Origin: an uncultured delta proteobacterium
GTDB lineage: Bacteria > Desulfobacterota > WTBG01
Direction of reading: 5' to 3'
NCBI GenBank assembly: GCA_963793865.1
Contig: CAWCBP010000001.1
Span: 768,001-832,000 of the forward strand
DNA: 64,000 bases
Shown here in pieces: positions 1-10,838 of the stretch. How positions within the stretch are numbered: position 1 is the stretch's first letter; each line of letters starts with the position of its first letter. The position numbers were made by a program, and so were the translations under genes. Under the pieces are notes generated by a model. The model saw only the letters and a program-made list of their open reading frames with translations. It was not told the DNA's origin and ran no database searches.

Positions 1-1385
1 CGATCAGGCCGCCGGAACCGAGCAGCGAACCGGCCGCTGAAAGCTCCTCGAAACCAAGCGGTATCCCCGCGTCCTTCGCCGGAAGAATGCCCGCGGGCGG
101 ACCGCCCAGCTGGAATGCCTTGAGGCTGCTTCCTGACGGCAGGCCTCCTCCCAGCTTGTTGATGATATCCTTGATGGGCATGCCCATGGGAACTTCAACC
201 AGGCAGGGCTTGTTGACGTTGCCGGAAATGGAGATGACCTTGGTGCCGGCGCTCTTGGCTGTCCCGATGGATGAGTACCAGCCGGCGCCGCGCATGATGA
301 TGGGGGCAACGTTGCACCAGGTCTCAACATTGTTTAAGTTGGTCGGTCCGTCCCAGAGCCCTTTCTCCGCGGTGTGAATATATTTGGGTCGGGGTTCACC
401 CGCCCTTCCTTCAAGTGATGCCATGAGTGCCGTTGATTCGCCGCAGACGTATCCCCCGGCTCCCTCCTTCAGGGTGAGTGAAAAGTTAAACCCGCTCCCG
501 AAGATGTTTTCGCCCAGCAGCCCGTACTCATACGCCTGCTCAATGGCCCGCTGCAGCTTCTCCCTGGCTCCCTCGTTGCCGTGGTGCAGATAGATGTAGC
601 CTTCCTGCGCGCCGATGGCATAGCCGCCGATAATGATGCCCTCGACGATACTGTGCGGATCGGATTCGATGATGCTTTTATGCATGCCGATGCCCGGGTC
701 TCCCTCACTGCAGTTGCAGAGCACATACTTCTGCTTGCCATGGGCCTCACGGCAGGCCTTCCATTTATTCCCGGTGGGAAATCCTCCGCCTCCACGGCCG
801 CGCAAATTGGCCTTGGTCACCGTTTCGATAATCTCTTCCGGTTTCATCTTGGTCACCGCCTTGAGCAGAGCGGCGTAGCCTCCCCGGGCGACATATTCCT
901 CGATGCTTAAGGGGTCGATCACACCCGCGTTGCGCATGGCGATGCGCAGCTGGGCCTTGAAAAAAGGACTGTCCTCTGGCGGCAGGGACTGATTTGACCT
1001 CGGCGGGAGTTTTTGAGGCGTAGGTGAAGGACTTGCCGTTTACGGCAAGTATTTCTTCGTTCGTCCGGTACAGGAGGTTCTTTTTCTGCGGCTTGCCCTT
1101 GGCAAGCGACTTGACCAGGGCGGGCACCATATCCGCGGTAATGCTGCCATAGGTGAGCTTCGGCTTGCCGGGCATGAGGATTTCCACCAGCGGTTCCTCA
1201 TAGCACATGCCGATGCAGCCCACTCGAACGATGCGCCCGTCAAGTCCCTGGGCCTTCAGCTCCTTCTCAAATGCCGCTATCACCTCTTTCGCGCCCCGTG
1301 CCAGACCGCACCGGGAGGCGCCCACCTGTATCCTGATGCCGCCGGGAAAGAGCAGCTTCTCTCCCGCAGCTTTTAGCTTGTTCAA
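1..1385 (-). CDS. nuoF: NuoF/HydB-like NAD(P)H-binding flavoprotein subunit with N-terminal thioredoxin-like [2Fe-2S] domain; frameshift near 975-985; runs off the left edge
   Basis: ORF 765-1385 has RCGLARG...GCIGMCYEEP. A second frame read manually gives LRGRGGGGFPTGNKW, CNCSEGDPG, GAGGYVCGESTALMASLEG, NNVETW, GTKVISISG and QLGGP. Probably a soluble diaphorase module rather than complex I. Confidence 0.9.
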
Positions 1386-1411
1386 TTCTCGTGACGGATT
1401 CTATCTTCATC

Positions 1412-1861
1412 TCACTTCTCGCTTTTTAATTTGATTATGGTATTCCTGGCCGCCTCTTTATCAAGCAGCTTCCCGTCGATTTCCACCGCCGGTGCCGCCG
1501 TGCAGCAGCCCAGGCAGTGAACCGGCTGGAGGTCGCAGACGGCTTCAGCACCTTCCTTTTCGATGGTCTCCTTGAGATCGCTCATTACCTCTGAGCCGCG
1601 TTTGACATGACAGGCGGTGCCCTGGCACACCTTCACCGCGTGCTTTCCCTGCGCGGGAGGCTGCATGCTGAAGGCATTGCCAAAATAGCTTACCGTCCTG
1701 AACACCTCGCTTACCGGCAGCTTCAGCCTGCTGCTCAGGTGATTCATGGCCACATCGGCTATGTATCCATCTGCGCGCTGTATCTCGTGCAGAATGGAAA
1801 TCAGCGCCCCTTTCTCATTACGGTGGCGATCTATTAACTCGTCCAGCTTCTTCACATCCAT
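1412..1861 (-). CDS. nuoE: NuoE/HydC-like [2Fe-2S] subunit
   Basis: ALISILHEIQ..GY, CQGTAC and CLGCC..AP motifs; directly upstream of the NuoF-like gene. Confidence 0.9.
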   Translation of the reverse strand: MDVKKLDELIDRHRNEKGALISILHEIQRADGYIADVAMNHLSSRLKLPVSEVFRTVSYFGNAFSMQPPAQGKHAVKVCQGTACHVKRGSEVMSDLKETIEKEGAEAVCDLQPVHCLGCCTAAPAVEIDGKLLDKEAARNTIIKLKSEK

Positions 1862-2015
1862 GAATGACTCCCGAAGTCTTTAGATGGTATTGGGTTCCTG
1901 AACAATGAATAACTCGATTAGAGAATCAAATAGTTTTATAATCGAACTATCTTATAGTCTGTCCTTCGCTGCACTGTCAAGAACAATTTTTTAAAAAAAG
2001 CGACGAAACCTTCTC

Positions 2016-2588
2016 CTAATCCTGGCCAATTATGTAATCGCCCTCAAAACGCACTGATCTGATGTGGAGGCCTTTCACCCCCCCATAGCCGGGATACACG
2101 TCTCCGCAGATCTCTATTTCCCTTCCGGTCATGGGGACCAGCGTCGCCCAGGTAAACAGCTTTTTCCCGCTCGTTTTTTGTTCCTCAGTGAATACCCGGT
2201 GGATACGCAAAGCCTGCTCGCTTTCGGAGACTTTTTGGCCCTTTGGGGCAGGTGGGATAGTAAAGGGTGCCATCCTTGCTGAGGATAAACAGCTTGCTGT
2301 TCCGTTCGGCGCTTATAGCGGCAGCCCGAAATTCTTCCTTGGTATAAGGCTCTCCATAGGGCTTGTTTTGCGGTTCGGTAGTGCCGTTAAAGAGCGAATT
2401 CCCTTCGACAATGACCCCGGTTATTATTTTTCCTTCTTTTTCAGCAGCTAAAAACTCCTGCTCGATCATCTTCATCCGCTCCGCATAAGGTGTTTTATAC
2501 ACCTCTGCCTCTTCTACTTCGCCTTCAGTCAGACAAGCGCTGAGCATGGCTAGTAACATCATAGCGGTAACAATTTCAGATATTTCAT
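2016..2588 (-). CDS. hypothetical lipoprotein (frameshifted; ORFs 2185-2562 and 2016-2273 are fragments)
   Basis: AAGGAGG RBS before ATG at 2588; LSAC lipobox-like motif; the two fragments overlap at TCPKG/PAPKG. Confidence 0.55.
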
Positions 2589-2638
2589 GGCGACCTCCTT
2601 ATTCAATACGGTTCATAATCAAATAGGCGATGAGGTTG

Positions 2639-3513
2639 TTATACTACATCCTTTGACTCGATCATCCCTTCTTTTTTCCGGCGCAAATCTTTTACAATCA
2701 GGTAGGTGGAAATCACAAAACCGGCTATGATAACCGACATAATCTTCCAGTTGATGTGCACCCAGGGCTCCTTGAGCATGCCCCACTTGGCAAGAATCTC
2801 CACGTCATTCCAGAGAACGGTAACAGTGGGAATGGAGTAACGCAGGTTGGCGCCGAATTTGTCATAGCCAATAAGCTTGTATACCAGGTAGAAGAAAACA
2901 GAAAAGGAGACAAAAAAGAGGGCATAGCAGAACCAGGAATGGGGACCGAATATCTGGTCATCATAGGCAATCATCAGCAACAAATAGCCTGCCCAGGTGA
3001 TCTAATATATTCAAAAGCGGTACGGGGTCCATAATTATCAATCTTTCCCGTGGCCACAACCCCCCTCATAAGCCGCAAGCTTGCGCCTCAGAAAATAAAT
3101 GAAGTTGCAGCGCACGCTCTCCTGGTAAATCAGATAGGTAAAAACCATGAGAAATGCCATGAGACTCCATTCCATAAGGCGGTACTCGGGATAGCTGCCG
3201 TTGAAGGTATAGGTAACACCCGGTGCGGTGCCCTCCATACATGAGACTGTACTCCCATGCAAACCAGAGGCCCAGGCCGCCCAATATTCCCCAGAAGCTC
3301 TGCCACCCGTCACGCTTTAACCAGCGGGTCATATAAATGGTCAGAAAACCGATAATGGCGCAGGACCACGCATAATTCATATTTTATGACAGGGTTATGC
3401 TTTTCAATCAGCACCATTATGATGTGGGCTATGGCGGCAAGCGCGAAAATCCACACCAGCGATACGGATGTATAGAACAGAGACTTGATGCTTACAATTT
3501 TTTGTTTTGCCAT
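2639..3513 (-). CDS. multi-pass membrane protein of unknown function (several frameshifts)
   Basis: GGAGG RBS before ATG 3513. Four overlapping hydrophobic fragments (3310-3540, 3066-3380, 3038-3313, 2639-2983) join into a ~290-aa membrane protein. Confidence 0.6.
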
Positions 3514-3909
3514 TGGCGTACCTCCCGTAACAGTGTTCAATGCGGTGTTGACTTTAATGCAGTGATAAATTGATTAGATGTTAAGCCTGGTGGTTTTCAA
3601 TAAGGGTTAGTCTGTTGGAAAGTTCCTGATTCTAGGGATGGCTGCAGGGAGTGAACAACTGTCTTATCATATGCCTGCAGGTTGAAGGGGAAAAGAGAGG
3701 AATGGCAGAGGGGGTCAGAAGTATGCTCTTTGTGTTGAAAATTGTTTTTCTGAAACTGCTGCATGACATATAAACTGCTGACATTTGCTTGTCGTGAATG
3801 AATGAGCAAACGGGCACATAATAAAATATACAAAAGAGGGAATAATCAAGACAATGGTAAGAAGGGCTATTTTTTTCAGGGGCATGCCAGCATCTCCTGA
3901 TGCGCGGTG

Positions 3910-4278
3910 TCAGGGATGTTTTATTCTTTTGTGAAGCGAACCCATGACCGGAATCAGCAACTGGTACATTTCGTTAAACAGCTTTTTGCCGAACGGGGTA
4001 ATTGCATAATACTTGCGGTCTGCACCGCGCTGGGAATGTTCCCGCTGGCTTTTCAAGAAACCCTGCTGTTCAAGCGTGCGAAGTTTCTTGTAGAGATTGT
4101 TCCGATCGATGTCGAAGGTGCCGCTGGTGATATTCAGGATTTCGTCCTTTATTTCGTATGCATACCGCTGCTGCTGAGTAATCAGATACAGTATGACGAA
4201 CTGGAGAAAACCCCGCTTGAGATCGAAAACAAGCTGGTCGGTCTGCTTTTGTATGCTGGCCTGCTGATCTGTGGTCAT
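3910..4278 (-). CDS. PadR family transcriptional regulator
   Basis: LKRGFLQFVIL..YAYEI..LYKKLRTLE..G..RKYYAITPFG winged-helix pattern. Confidence 0.9.
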   Translation of the reverse strand: MTTDQQASIQKQTDQLVFDLKRGFLQFVILYLITQQQRYAYEIKDEILNITSGTFDIDRNNLYKKLRTLEQQGFLKSQREHSQRGADRKYYAITPFGKKLFNEMYQLLIPVMGSLHKRIKHP

Positions 4279-4503
4279 GTCGTAAAAAGAATGAGTTGTG
4301 TAATCAATATTGATGAGCTATCATTCTTAATGATGTATTCAGTAGCACTAATACCTTAGAAATACATATTTGTCAAGAAAAAAAGAGGAGGGGTTCAGTA
4401 GCGGGTATGGCTTGGCAACACCATGAATTATAATGGAAATTAAAAATCGCATACCAGGGGCAATGAATAATTATCTTGTTTGGCGCGCAAGAAAACAGCA
4501 GAG

Positions 4504-4537
4504 AAAAAAGAGCCCCGTCACTATTGTGGCGGGGCTC
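4504..4537 (-). terminator. intrinsic terminator after the ferrochelatase-like gene
   Basis: GAGCCCCGTCAC-TATT-GTGGCGGGGCTC hairpin with an A6 run (U tract on the minus strand). Confidence 0.75.
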
Positions 4538-4567
4538 GATGTGATTCAAGCTATGTTGACCTTTTGA

Positions 4568-6011
4568 TTACGCCTTTGCCTGGCTTAAAACCGAATCGCA
4601 TGCCTGGTAAAAGGCCTCAATCACGTGCTTCTGGTACTTGCCCACCGGAACGCCGTTGTAGATAACATGGGTCTTCCCCTGGATCATTTCCCTGGTGTAG
4701 GGAACAGACCAGTCAGGGTAATCAACCGCATCATCAATGTTGTACTTGTCAAAGTTTTCAAAACATTTCATGGCGTGATGCATGAGCGTGTCTGAATTTT
4801 CGGCAAAAAACTCGATGGGGAGACCGATGGCATAGTCATAGTTGTCCTTGACCGCATTCCAGTACGCGCGGTTGGTGGAAAGGTACTTCTCCTTGGGGTC
4901 CCAGATGGGATCGGCAAACTCATCCTGACAGTTGACCACATTGGTGCGGCCGAACTTGTATCCCTTGACCATGGACTGGACCTCTTCGAACAGCTTGTCC
5001 CGGTAGGCAGGAGCAAGCTGCAGCCACGCCTCCCAATTGAAAGCGTCCCAGGGCATGCCATGCACGGTAACCGCCACGGTTACATCTGAACCCTGAGGTA
5101 TGGTGTCGAGCCTGTCCTTGAGCATATCCAGGAAAGCCTGGCGAAGCGGCTGATAGTTGCCCATCTGCGGCCCGATGATCACCTTAACCTTTTTGCCGGG
5201 ATGCTTCTGCTTCCATTCCTCGATATACTCGAAGCAGTGGCGGAAGCCTGAGTTAAATTCTTCAAAGTGGGAATAAATGCCCATGGGTGCGATAAGGACG
5301 ATGGTCTCGCATCCCGCATCCAGCAGTTCGTGGAGCTTTTGCTTCATTTCATAAAAAAACATGTTGGTTTCAGAGCGGAATTCAGCAGCGGGATACTTCT
5401 GACGCAGCCGGTCAAAGGCGGTGTTTATAATTTTAAAGCTTTCCTCCCAGTGGGGAAGTTTCCTTTGCTTGATGCCGCTTCCGTAGTAATACAAGCGGGA
5501 CTTGTTGCCGACCTTACCGCAGAGCGAAGGTTCTCCGCAGGGCCGGCCCTTATAAAGAAATAGCCATGGTCAAGGTAGATGCGGGAGGACGGCGTGGCAC
5601 CCAAACCACCTTGCCCTCGCGGTATTTTGCTATATAAGGTGTGCCGTCAAGATCCCGATCATTGCCGAAGGCATCCTCGAGACGGGTTGGGGTGAATTCT
5701 TTTCTGGCATGGCAATGGGCCGGATCAAGCAGGGCAACACCATTGTCCTTGAGGGCCAGGACATTGAAGGGCCAGGGAACCACCGCTTTAAAAACCTTGT
5801 GAATGATGTTATGAAAAAAAGCATGGTTGTGGTTTGTGGGCATGATCAGCGCGGTGGCGAAAACACCGATTTTGCCTTCGGGTTTGGTGTCCTGTGTTTT
5901 AAAATATTCGTAATAGTCGGGCTTTTTGGGCAAGTTCTTGTATTTGAAAAGTCCGTAAAAGCCCCCGATGATCACCAGCAGCACGATCACAATGGTTATT
6001 AAAATTGCCAT
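4568..6011 (-). CDS. membrane-anchored ferrochelatase-like (class II chelatase fold) protein, frameshifted near 5500-5600
   Basis: N-terminal TM helix; VTVHGMP and LPIEFFAENSDTL resemble the HemH motifs FSAHGLP and VPIxFxSxHxETL. Confidence 0.55.
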
Positions 6012-6090
6012 ATCATTCCTCCTGTTCTAAAAACGTGTTGTACATGGTTTGAAATGGTACAGTGCCGTATTTCCACAAACCTCTTTGTTT

Positions 6091-6495
6091 TTACTGTGTT
6101 TTGATGGCACAGGGCAGGCCGGAGGTGATTTCCGATTGCTCGCGGCTTCCGCTGATGGTCATAATTTTAACGCGGCCCCGGTTGTACCATTCGACGGTTC
6201 CTGTTTTTTCACCCGTTTTAGAGAGGAGCCATTCAAGCGACGAGCGGGCGATGCGATTTCGTGTGTCCTCGTTTTTAAAAGCCCCGCAGAAGGAGCATTC
6301 GTCAATAGACAATTTCAGCGTGCTGTTGTCAGAAATCGAGGCATCAAAGACCTGATTTTTGGCGAAGCCGAGTGCCGCAGTGTATTCTGAGATGAGGTCC
6401 GGCTGATCTGCAGCAGCAACTAAATATAAATTGCTTCCGGCAATCAGCACGCACATGAAGATTAAAACGCTCAAGGTCAGTTTGTTGTGCTGCAT
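6091..6495 (-). CDS. hypothetical exported protein
   Basis: 134-aa ORF with a hydrophobic N-terminal signal and a CSFC motif. Confidence 0.55.
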   Translation of the reverse strand: MQHNKLTLSVLIFMCVLIAGSNLYLVAAADQPDLISEYTAALGFAKNQVFDASISDNSTLKLSIDECSFCGAFKNEDTRNRIARSSLEWLLSKTGEKTGTVEWYNRGRVKIMTISGSREQSEITSGLPCAIKTQ

Positions 6496-6775
6496 AGCAA
6501 GCGCCTTTTAAATTTTTTGTAGTCCACTGATCACCATTTAGATGGCACGTTCTGCTAAGAGGGAGACATGAACATCAGCTGCCAATTTTGATGCACTTAA
6601 CGTATCTTATCATATGTGTCAAGAAAATATTTTTTCCGCCGGATTGCGACTGCGCTTCGATAAGACACTAAATAAGTGTTTTTTGCAACGGATAACTATG
6701 ATATAGAAGAGCACGCAACAAATAAAAAATATTATGTATTTTTTAAAGTGCCTATTTGCTGAGGAGTGCTGCAAC

Positions 6776-7795
6776 GTGATTGTTCTGGGTATTGAATCAT
6801 CCTGCGATGAGACGGCAGCGGCCGTGGTACAAGACGGAAAGACAATCCTGTCCTCCGTGGTTGCGTCCCAGGTTGACTTTCACAAAAAATATGGCGGCGT
6901 CGTGCCGGAGATTGCCTCACGCAAGCATATTGAGGCCATAGGGCCGGTGATACGGGAGGCTATGGAAAAGGCCAATCTGACGCTTGATGATATACAGGGT
7001 ATTGCAGTAACACAGGGACCGGGTCTGGTCGGTTCCCTGCTGATCGGCATTTCCGTTGCCAAGGCCATTGCTTACGTCAAGCAATTGCCCCTGGTCGGAA
7101 TCAATCACCTGGAGGGTCACCTCACCGCTATTTTTCTGGAACGGCCCGACTGCACCTTTCCATTTATAGGCCTGGTGGTTTCAGGCGGACACACCAGCCT
7201 GTACCATGTCCATGGCATGGGTCAGTACCGGTTGCTTGGTCAAACCAGGGATGATGCGGCAGGCGAGGCGTTTGACAAGGTCGCGAAACTGCTGGGCCTC
7301 GGTTATCCGGGAGGGGCGGTTATAGACCGGATGTCCCGTGAGGGAAACGCTGACGCCATAGCTTTTCCCCGCGCGCTGCTTGGCAGGGATTCACTCGATT
7401 TCAGCTTCAGCGGCATCAAGACGGCCGTGTTGCGCTATGTCAGAGATCGTGACGGCACGCTTGACGCCCTGCCGGTCAGTGATATTGTTGCCGGCTTTCA
7501 GGAGGCGGTAATCGACGTGCTGGTGACGAAGCTGTTTCAGGCTGCCGCCCGGCATGGCGCTCAGCGGGTGGTTATAGCCGGTGGCGTTGCGGCAAACACG
7601 CGCCTGAGGGAAAAGATGACTGCGCGGAGCGAACAGGACAACATAACCTTATTTATTCCTTCACCTGTTCTGTGCACCGACAATGCGGCCATGATTGCTG
7701 CTGCAGGAGACTTTTATCTTGAACAGGGTCTTACCAGCCCACTTTCCATGAATGCCTATTCCCGCCTCCCCCTGGGCGTGCCGCAAGCCCCCTAA
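6776..7795 (+). CDS. tsaD: tRNA N6-adenosine threonylcarbamoyltransferase TsaD
   Basis: LGIESSCDET, GGVVPEIASRKH, HLEGH, SGGHT, DDAAGEAFDK, TDNAAMI; GTG start after GAGGAG. Confidence 0.97.
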   Translation: MIVLGIESSCDETAAAVVQDGKTILSSVVASQVDFHKKYGGVVPEIASRKHIEAIGPVIREAMEKANLTLDDIQGIAVTQGPGLVGSLLIGISVAKAIAYVKQLPLVGINHLEGHLTAIFLERPDCTFPFIGLVVSGGHTSLYHVHGMGQYRLLGQTRDDAAGEAFDKVAKLLGLGYPGGAVIDRMSREGNADAIAFPRALLGRDSLDFSFSGIKTAVLRYVRDRDGTLDALPVSDIVAGFQEAVIDVLVTKLFQAAARHGAQRVVIAGGVAANTRLREKMTARSEQDNITLFIPSPVLCTDNAAMIAAAGDFYLEQGLTSPLSMNAYSRLPLGVPQAP

Positions 7796-8391
7796 GCGCT
7801 TCTTCTTTTCCTGGCCCAAAGAAGGTAGGAAACAAATAATACGATAACTACAATAATGGCCTGGTTATAGTGTTTGAGAATGGTCAAAACCAGCCGCCAA
7901 TTTTTCCCCAGGTAGTAACCGCCGCATAGTAAGAAGGAGTTCCATAGCAGGCTGCTCAAAGCGGCGGCAGCGGCGGTAGTCGCAAATTTCATGTTGGAGA
8001 TACCGGCAAAAAGTGCAACTGCCGAGCGGACGCCGGGAATAAAACGATTGGCGGCAATAAGGCCGATGCCGCAGTTCTGAAACCAACCCTCAACCTGTAA
8101 GATCATCTCCCTGGAGAGAAAACGGTAATTTTTCTTGAAAAAAAACTCCCTTCCGTAATGTTTTCCAAGAAAAAAGAGCGATAGAAACCCGATCATACTT
8201 CCTGCCAGAGATATAAGGTAGACGGTTAGGAAATCAAGCTTTCCCGTCCCGGCAAGATAGGCGCCAATAACCATAATGGTATCAGCGGGAAAGGGCGGAA
8301 GGGGGTATTCAATGAAGGCATTGATGAGAAGAAAACAGTAGATGGTTTCGTTGGACAGGGCGTTAAGAGTGACCAGGGCTTGCTCGATCAT
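7792..8391 (-). CDS. DedA family membrane protein
   Basis: PPFPADT..GAY, RFIPGVR..AG motifs. Confidence 0.88.
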   Translation of the reverse strand: MIEQALVTLNALSNETIYCFLLINAFIEYPLPPFPADTIMVIGAYLAGTGKLDFLTVYLISLAGSMIGFLSLFFLGKHYGREFFFKKNYRFLSREMILQVEGWFQNCGIGLIAANRFIPGVRSAVALFAGISNMKFATTAAAAALSSLLWNSFLLCGGYYLGKNWRLVLTILKHYNQAIIVVIVLFVSYLLWARKRRSA

Positions 8392-8621
8392 TCGCTTTTT
8401 TCTTTCATGAGAATTATTAACATCATTTGCAGTATGGTTTTACACCTTATACGAAAGCTAGGCAATAAGCAAATGAAAGTGCTGCAGGTCTTTTCTGTGA
8501 ATAATCAGATTCACGAATCCTAATGGGGAAATCGGCTTTACGCGCTTCATCTTATATGCTATAGAATCGATATCATTATAGATTGCAACGTTGTCATTTT
8601 ATTCAGCGGGAGACAGTGCTT

Positions 8622-8981
8622 ATGGATGAGAGAAGAAAGTATATCCGTTTTCCTCTCAAGCTGGATGCGCGGTATACGGAAAAAAATGGTGACAACTGGA
8701 AGGAGTGCTCTGTCATTGATATCAGCCGTGAGGGAATGGGAATCAGTATTTATTCCAGGGAGGCAATCAGCAAAGGTGCCCAGCTGCGAATGAAGATAAC
8801 TGTTCCTGTTCTGACCAATCCGGTTGAAGTGGAAGGTGTCTTGATCTGGATACGGGAACTGACAGAAGATCCACAGTTTAATTACATCGGGGGAGTTAGA
8901 TTAATCAGTATAAGTGCTGATGATAAATGGGCGCTTATGGATTATGCATACGAGGGTTGGCAGCAGAAAGAGGGTAAGTAG
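8622..8981 (+). CDS. PilZ domain protein
   Basis: ERRKYIR (RxxxR) and DISREG (DxSxxG) c-di-GMP motifs. Confidence 0.88.
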   Translation: MDERRKYIRFPLKLDARYTEKNGDNWKECSVIDISREGMGISIYSREAISKGAQLRMKITVPVLTNPVEVEGVLIWIRELTEDPQFNYIGGVRLISISADDKWALMDYAYEGWQQKEGK

Positions 8982-9007
8982 TGTAAAAAAATGGAGGAGA
9001 AAAGCGC

Positions 9008-9556
9008 ATGCCTAAGCTCATAGTGCCTCACGCGAATGAGCGGCAAAAGGAAATATTCAAAAAATTTAACATTACGCTGCTGGATTCCATAAGCGAAACG
9101 GAATTTGAGGAGGAAGTCTCACACTACCTTGGCAGTCACAACGTCCTGCACCTTGCCACCTGCCGCGGCGTCGAGCCCCGATCGACACCTTTGGAATACT
9201 TCAATAACGGGCTGACCGTGCATATCTTTTCTGAAGGCGGGGGGAAATTCGCCAATTTGAAGGAGAATAACAATGTGTGCTATTCCATCGCGGATCCATA
9301 TGAACCGGGGGAGAACTACTTCGGTGCCGTTGGATTGCAGGTGTGGGGAGTCGCATCCACGTTTAAGAAGAATGATAATCCCGCGCGATGCGAAGAGATA
9401 GCGCGGTATTCAAGGATTGGCGATGCGCTGAAAAAGCAGGGACTTGACCAGTTTGCGAGCAGGGTTAACTATAATGTGATTACCATTGAGCCGCTGAAGA
9501 TCCGCTACCTCAATCTGATGAAAGGCTTCCGCAATGTCCTGTGGGAAAAAGGGTAG
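9008..9556 (+). CDS. pyridoxamine 5'-phosphate oxidase-like (FMN split-barrel) protein
   Basis: LHLATC...PRSTPLEY...KFANLKENNNV...GLQVWG. Confidence 0.75.
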   Translation: MPKLIVPHANERQKEIFKKFNITLLDSISETEFEEEVSHYLGSHNVLHLATCRGVEPRSTPLEYFNNGLTVHIFSEGGGKFANLKENNNVCYSIADPYEPGENYFGAVGLQVWGVASTFKKNDNPARCEEIARYSRIGDALKKQGLDQFASRVNYNVITIEPLKIRYLNLMKGFRNVLWEKG

Positions 9557-9573
9557 GGGTTGTGGATGTTTTT

Positions 9574-10782
9574 CTACCGCGTCCGTACCAGCACTATTTT
9601 ATCATGATAGATGGGGCTTTCACGGGTGAGGTTGTTGAGCGCTAAAAAATCTGACAGCTCCATATTGTACGCTTTAGCAATGCTGTACGCTGTGTCTCCT
9701 TCCTTAATGGTGTAGGCCTGCGTATCTTTTTTTCCTTCGGGTTGGGTGATGATATCTTCAGTCCTAATAAGGCTGGCGGTAACCACATCTTTTTTTATGC
9801 TTTCCGGCGAGAAGGCAAGATCGTTTAAATTTCTGATGCTGCATTTCTTGAGATTGTCGTTTGCAGTTTCATAGAAGGCCGGCTTCAGGACAATGGCATC
9901 TTCGAAGCACTTTTGGGCCTTGTCATGGTCGCCCGCCACCAGGTACATGCTGCCGAGGTTATTAAATGCCTGCGCTTCATCTCCCCCCTTCTTGAAGGCT
10001 TCAAATGCCTCCCGTTTTCTTCCGGTCATAAACAGTGCAAATCCCAGGTTGTTAAAAACCTTATCTTCCGTGTAGCCGGCTTTGACGGCCCTGTTTAAGC
10101 TGTCGATGGCGTTTTGATAGTCCCCGGTCATCGAATAGGAAAGGCCCATATTGTTATATACTACCCCGCTGTCTTTCTTGATGGCCAGTGCCTTTTCATA
10201 TTCAGCTATGGCCAGGGGGTGGTTTTTTTCGGCGTCATAGATAATGCCCAGCAGGTTATGTGCGCTCCAGAGCGTGCCGTTCAGGTTTACTGCTTTCAGC
10301 AGGTGTTCCTTTGCCTTCTCGTGCTGATTGAGCTGAAAATACGAGTGCCCCAATCCCTTGTGGGCCAGGGCGTGGTCGGGTTCTTCCTGGAGCACCTTGT
10401 CAAAGGACGCGATCGCGTCATTGTTCAGGCCTTCAATCAGAAAGAGGAGACCTTTCTTGTAATGAATGTTTGTGTTATTCGGGTCTTTCTGCAATGCCTT
10501 TTCGTAGTGGGTAAAGGTGTTGATCGGGTCCCCTTTGCTGAGATAAATGTCGCCCAGCCGTTCATATTCTGCTGCTGTAAGGTCAGCAGGCGGAGTTGCT
10601 TCGGCGCTGGATCGCTTCCCCTGAGCCTGAGATTCAACAAGCTTGCGTATCTGTTTGCTGTCCTGATCATACTCGGATTTGCGCATTGCTTTGTCATGCG
10701 AAGACAACCGATCAGAAAAGAAACAGCAATGTATAGCTATTCCAACAAACACGTAGACACCTTTGTTTGCTGATGCCTTCAC
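9574..10782 (-). CDS. tadD: TadD-like TPR protein with C-terminal LysM domain
   Basis: Multiple TPRs (AHNLLG, VYNNMG, VFNNLG, AFNNLG); C-terminal YTIKEGDTAYSIAKAY LysM; last gene of the tad operon; GTG start after GGAGGT. Confidence 0.75.
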   Translation of the reverse strand: MKASANKGVYVFVGIAIHCCFFSDRLSSHDKAMRKSEYDQDSKQIRKLVESQAQGKRSSAEATPPADLTAAEYERLGDIYLSKGDPINTFTHYEKALQKDPNNTNIHYKKGLLFLIEGLNNDAIASFDKVLQEEPDHALAHKGLGHSYFQLNQHEKAKEHLLKAVNLNGTLWSAHNLLGIIYDAEKNHPLAIAEYEKALAIKKDSGVVYNNMGLSYSMTGDYQNAIDSLNRAVKAGYTEDKVFNNLGFALFMTGRKREAFEAFKKGGDEAQAFNNLGSMYLVAGDHDKAQKCFEDAIVLKPAFYETANDNLKKCSIRNLNDLAFSPESIKKDVVTASLIRTEDIITQPEGKKDTQAYTIKEGDTAYSIAKAYNMELSDFLALNNLTRESPIYHDKIVLVRTR

Positions 10783-10838
10783 CGGGTCACCTCCAATAAT
10801 TAAATAAGATTTTGTACGCGGAGAGGCTACGAGATAAG

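Noticed and set aside
3597..3833. Short ORFs between padR and the membrane protein gene
   Set aside because: No RBS or motif support; likely intergenic.
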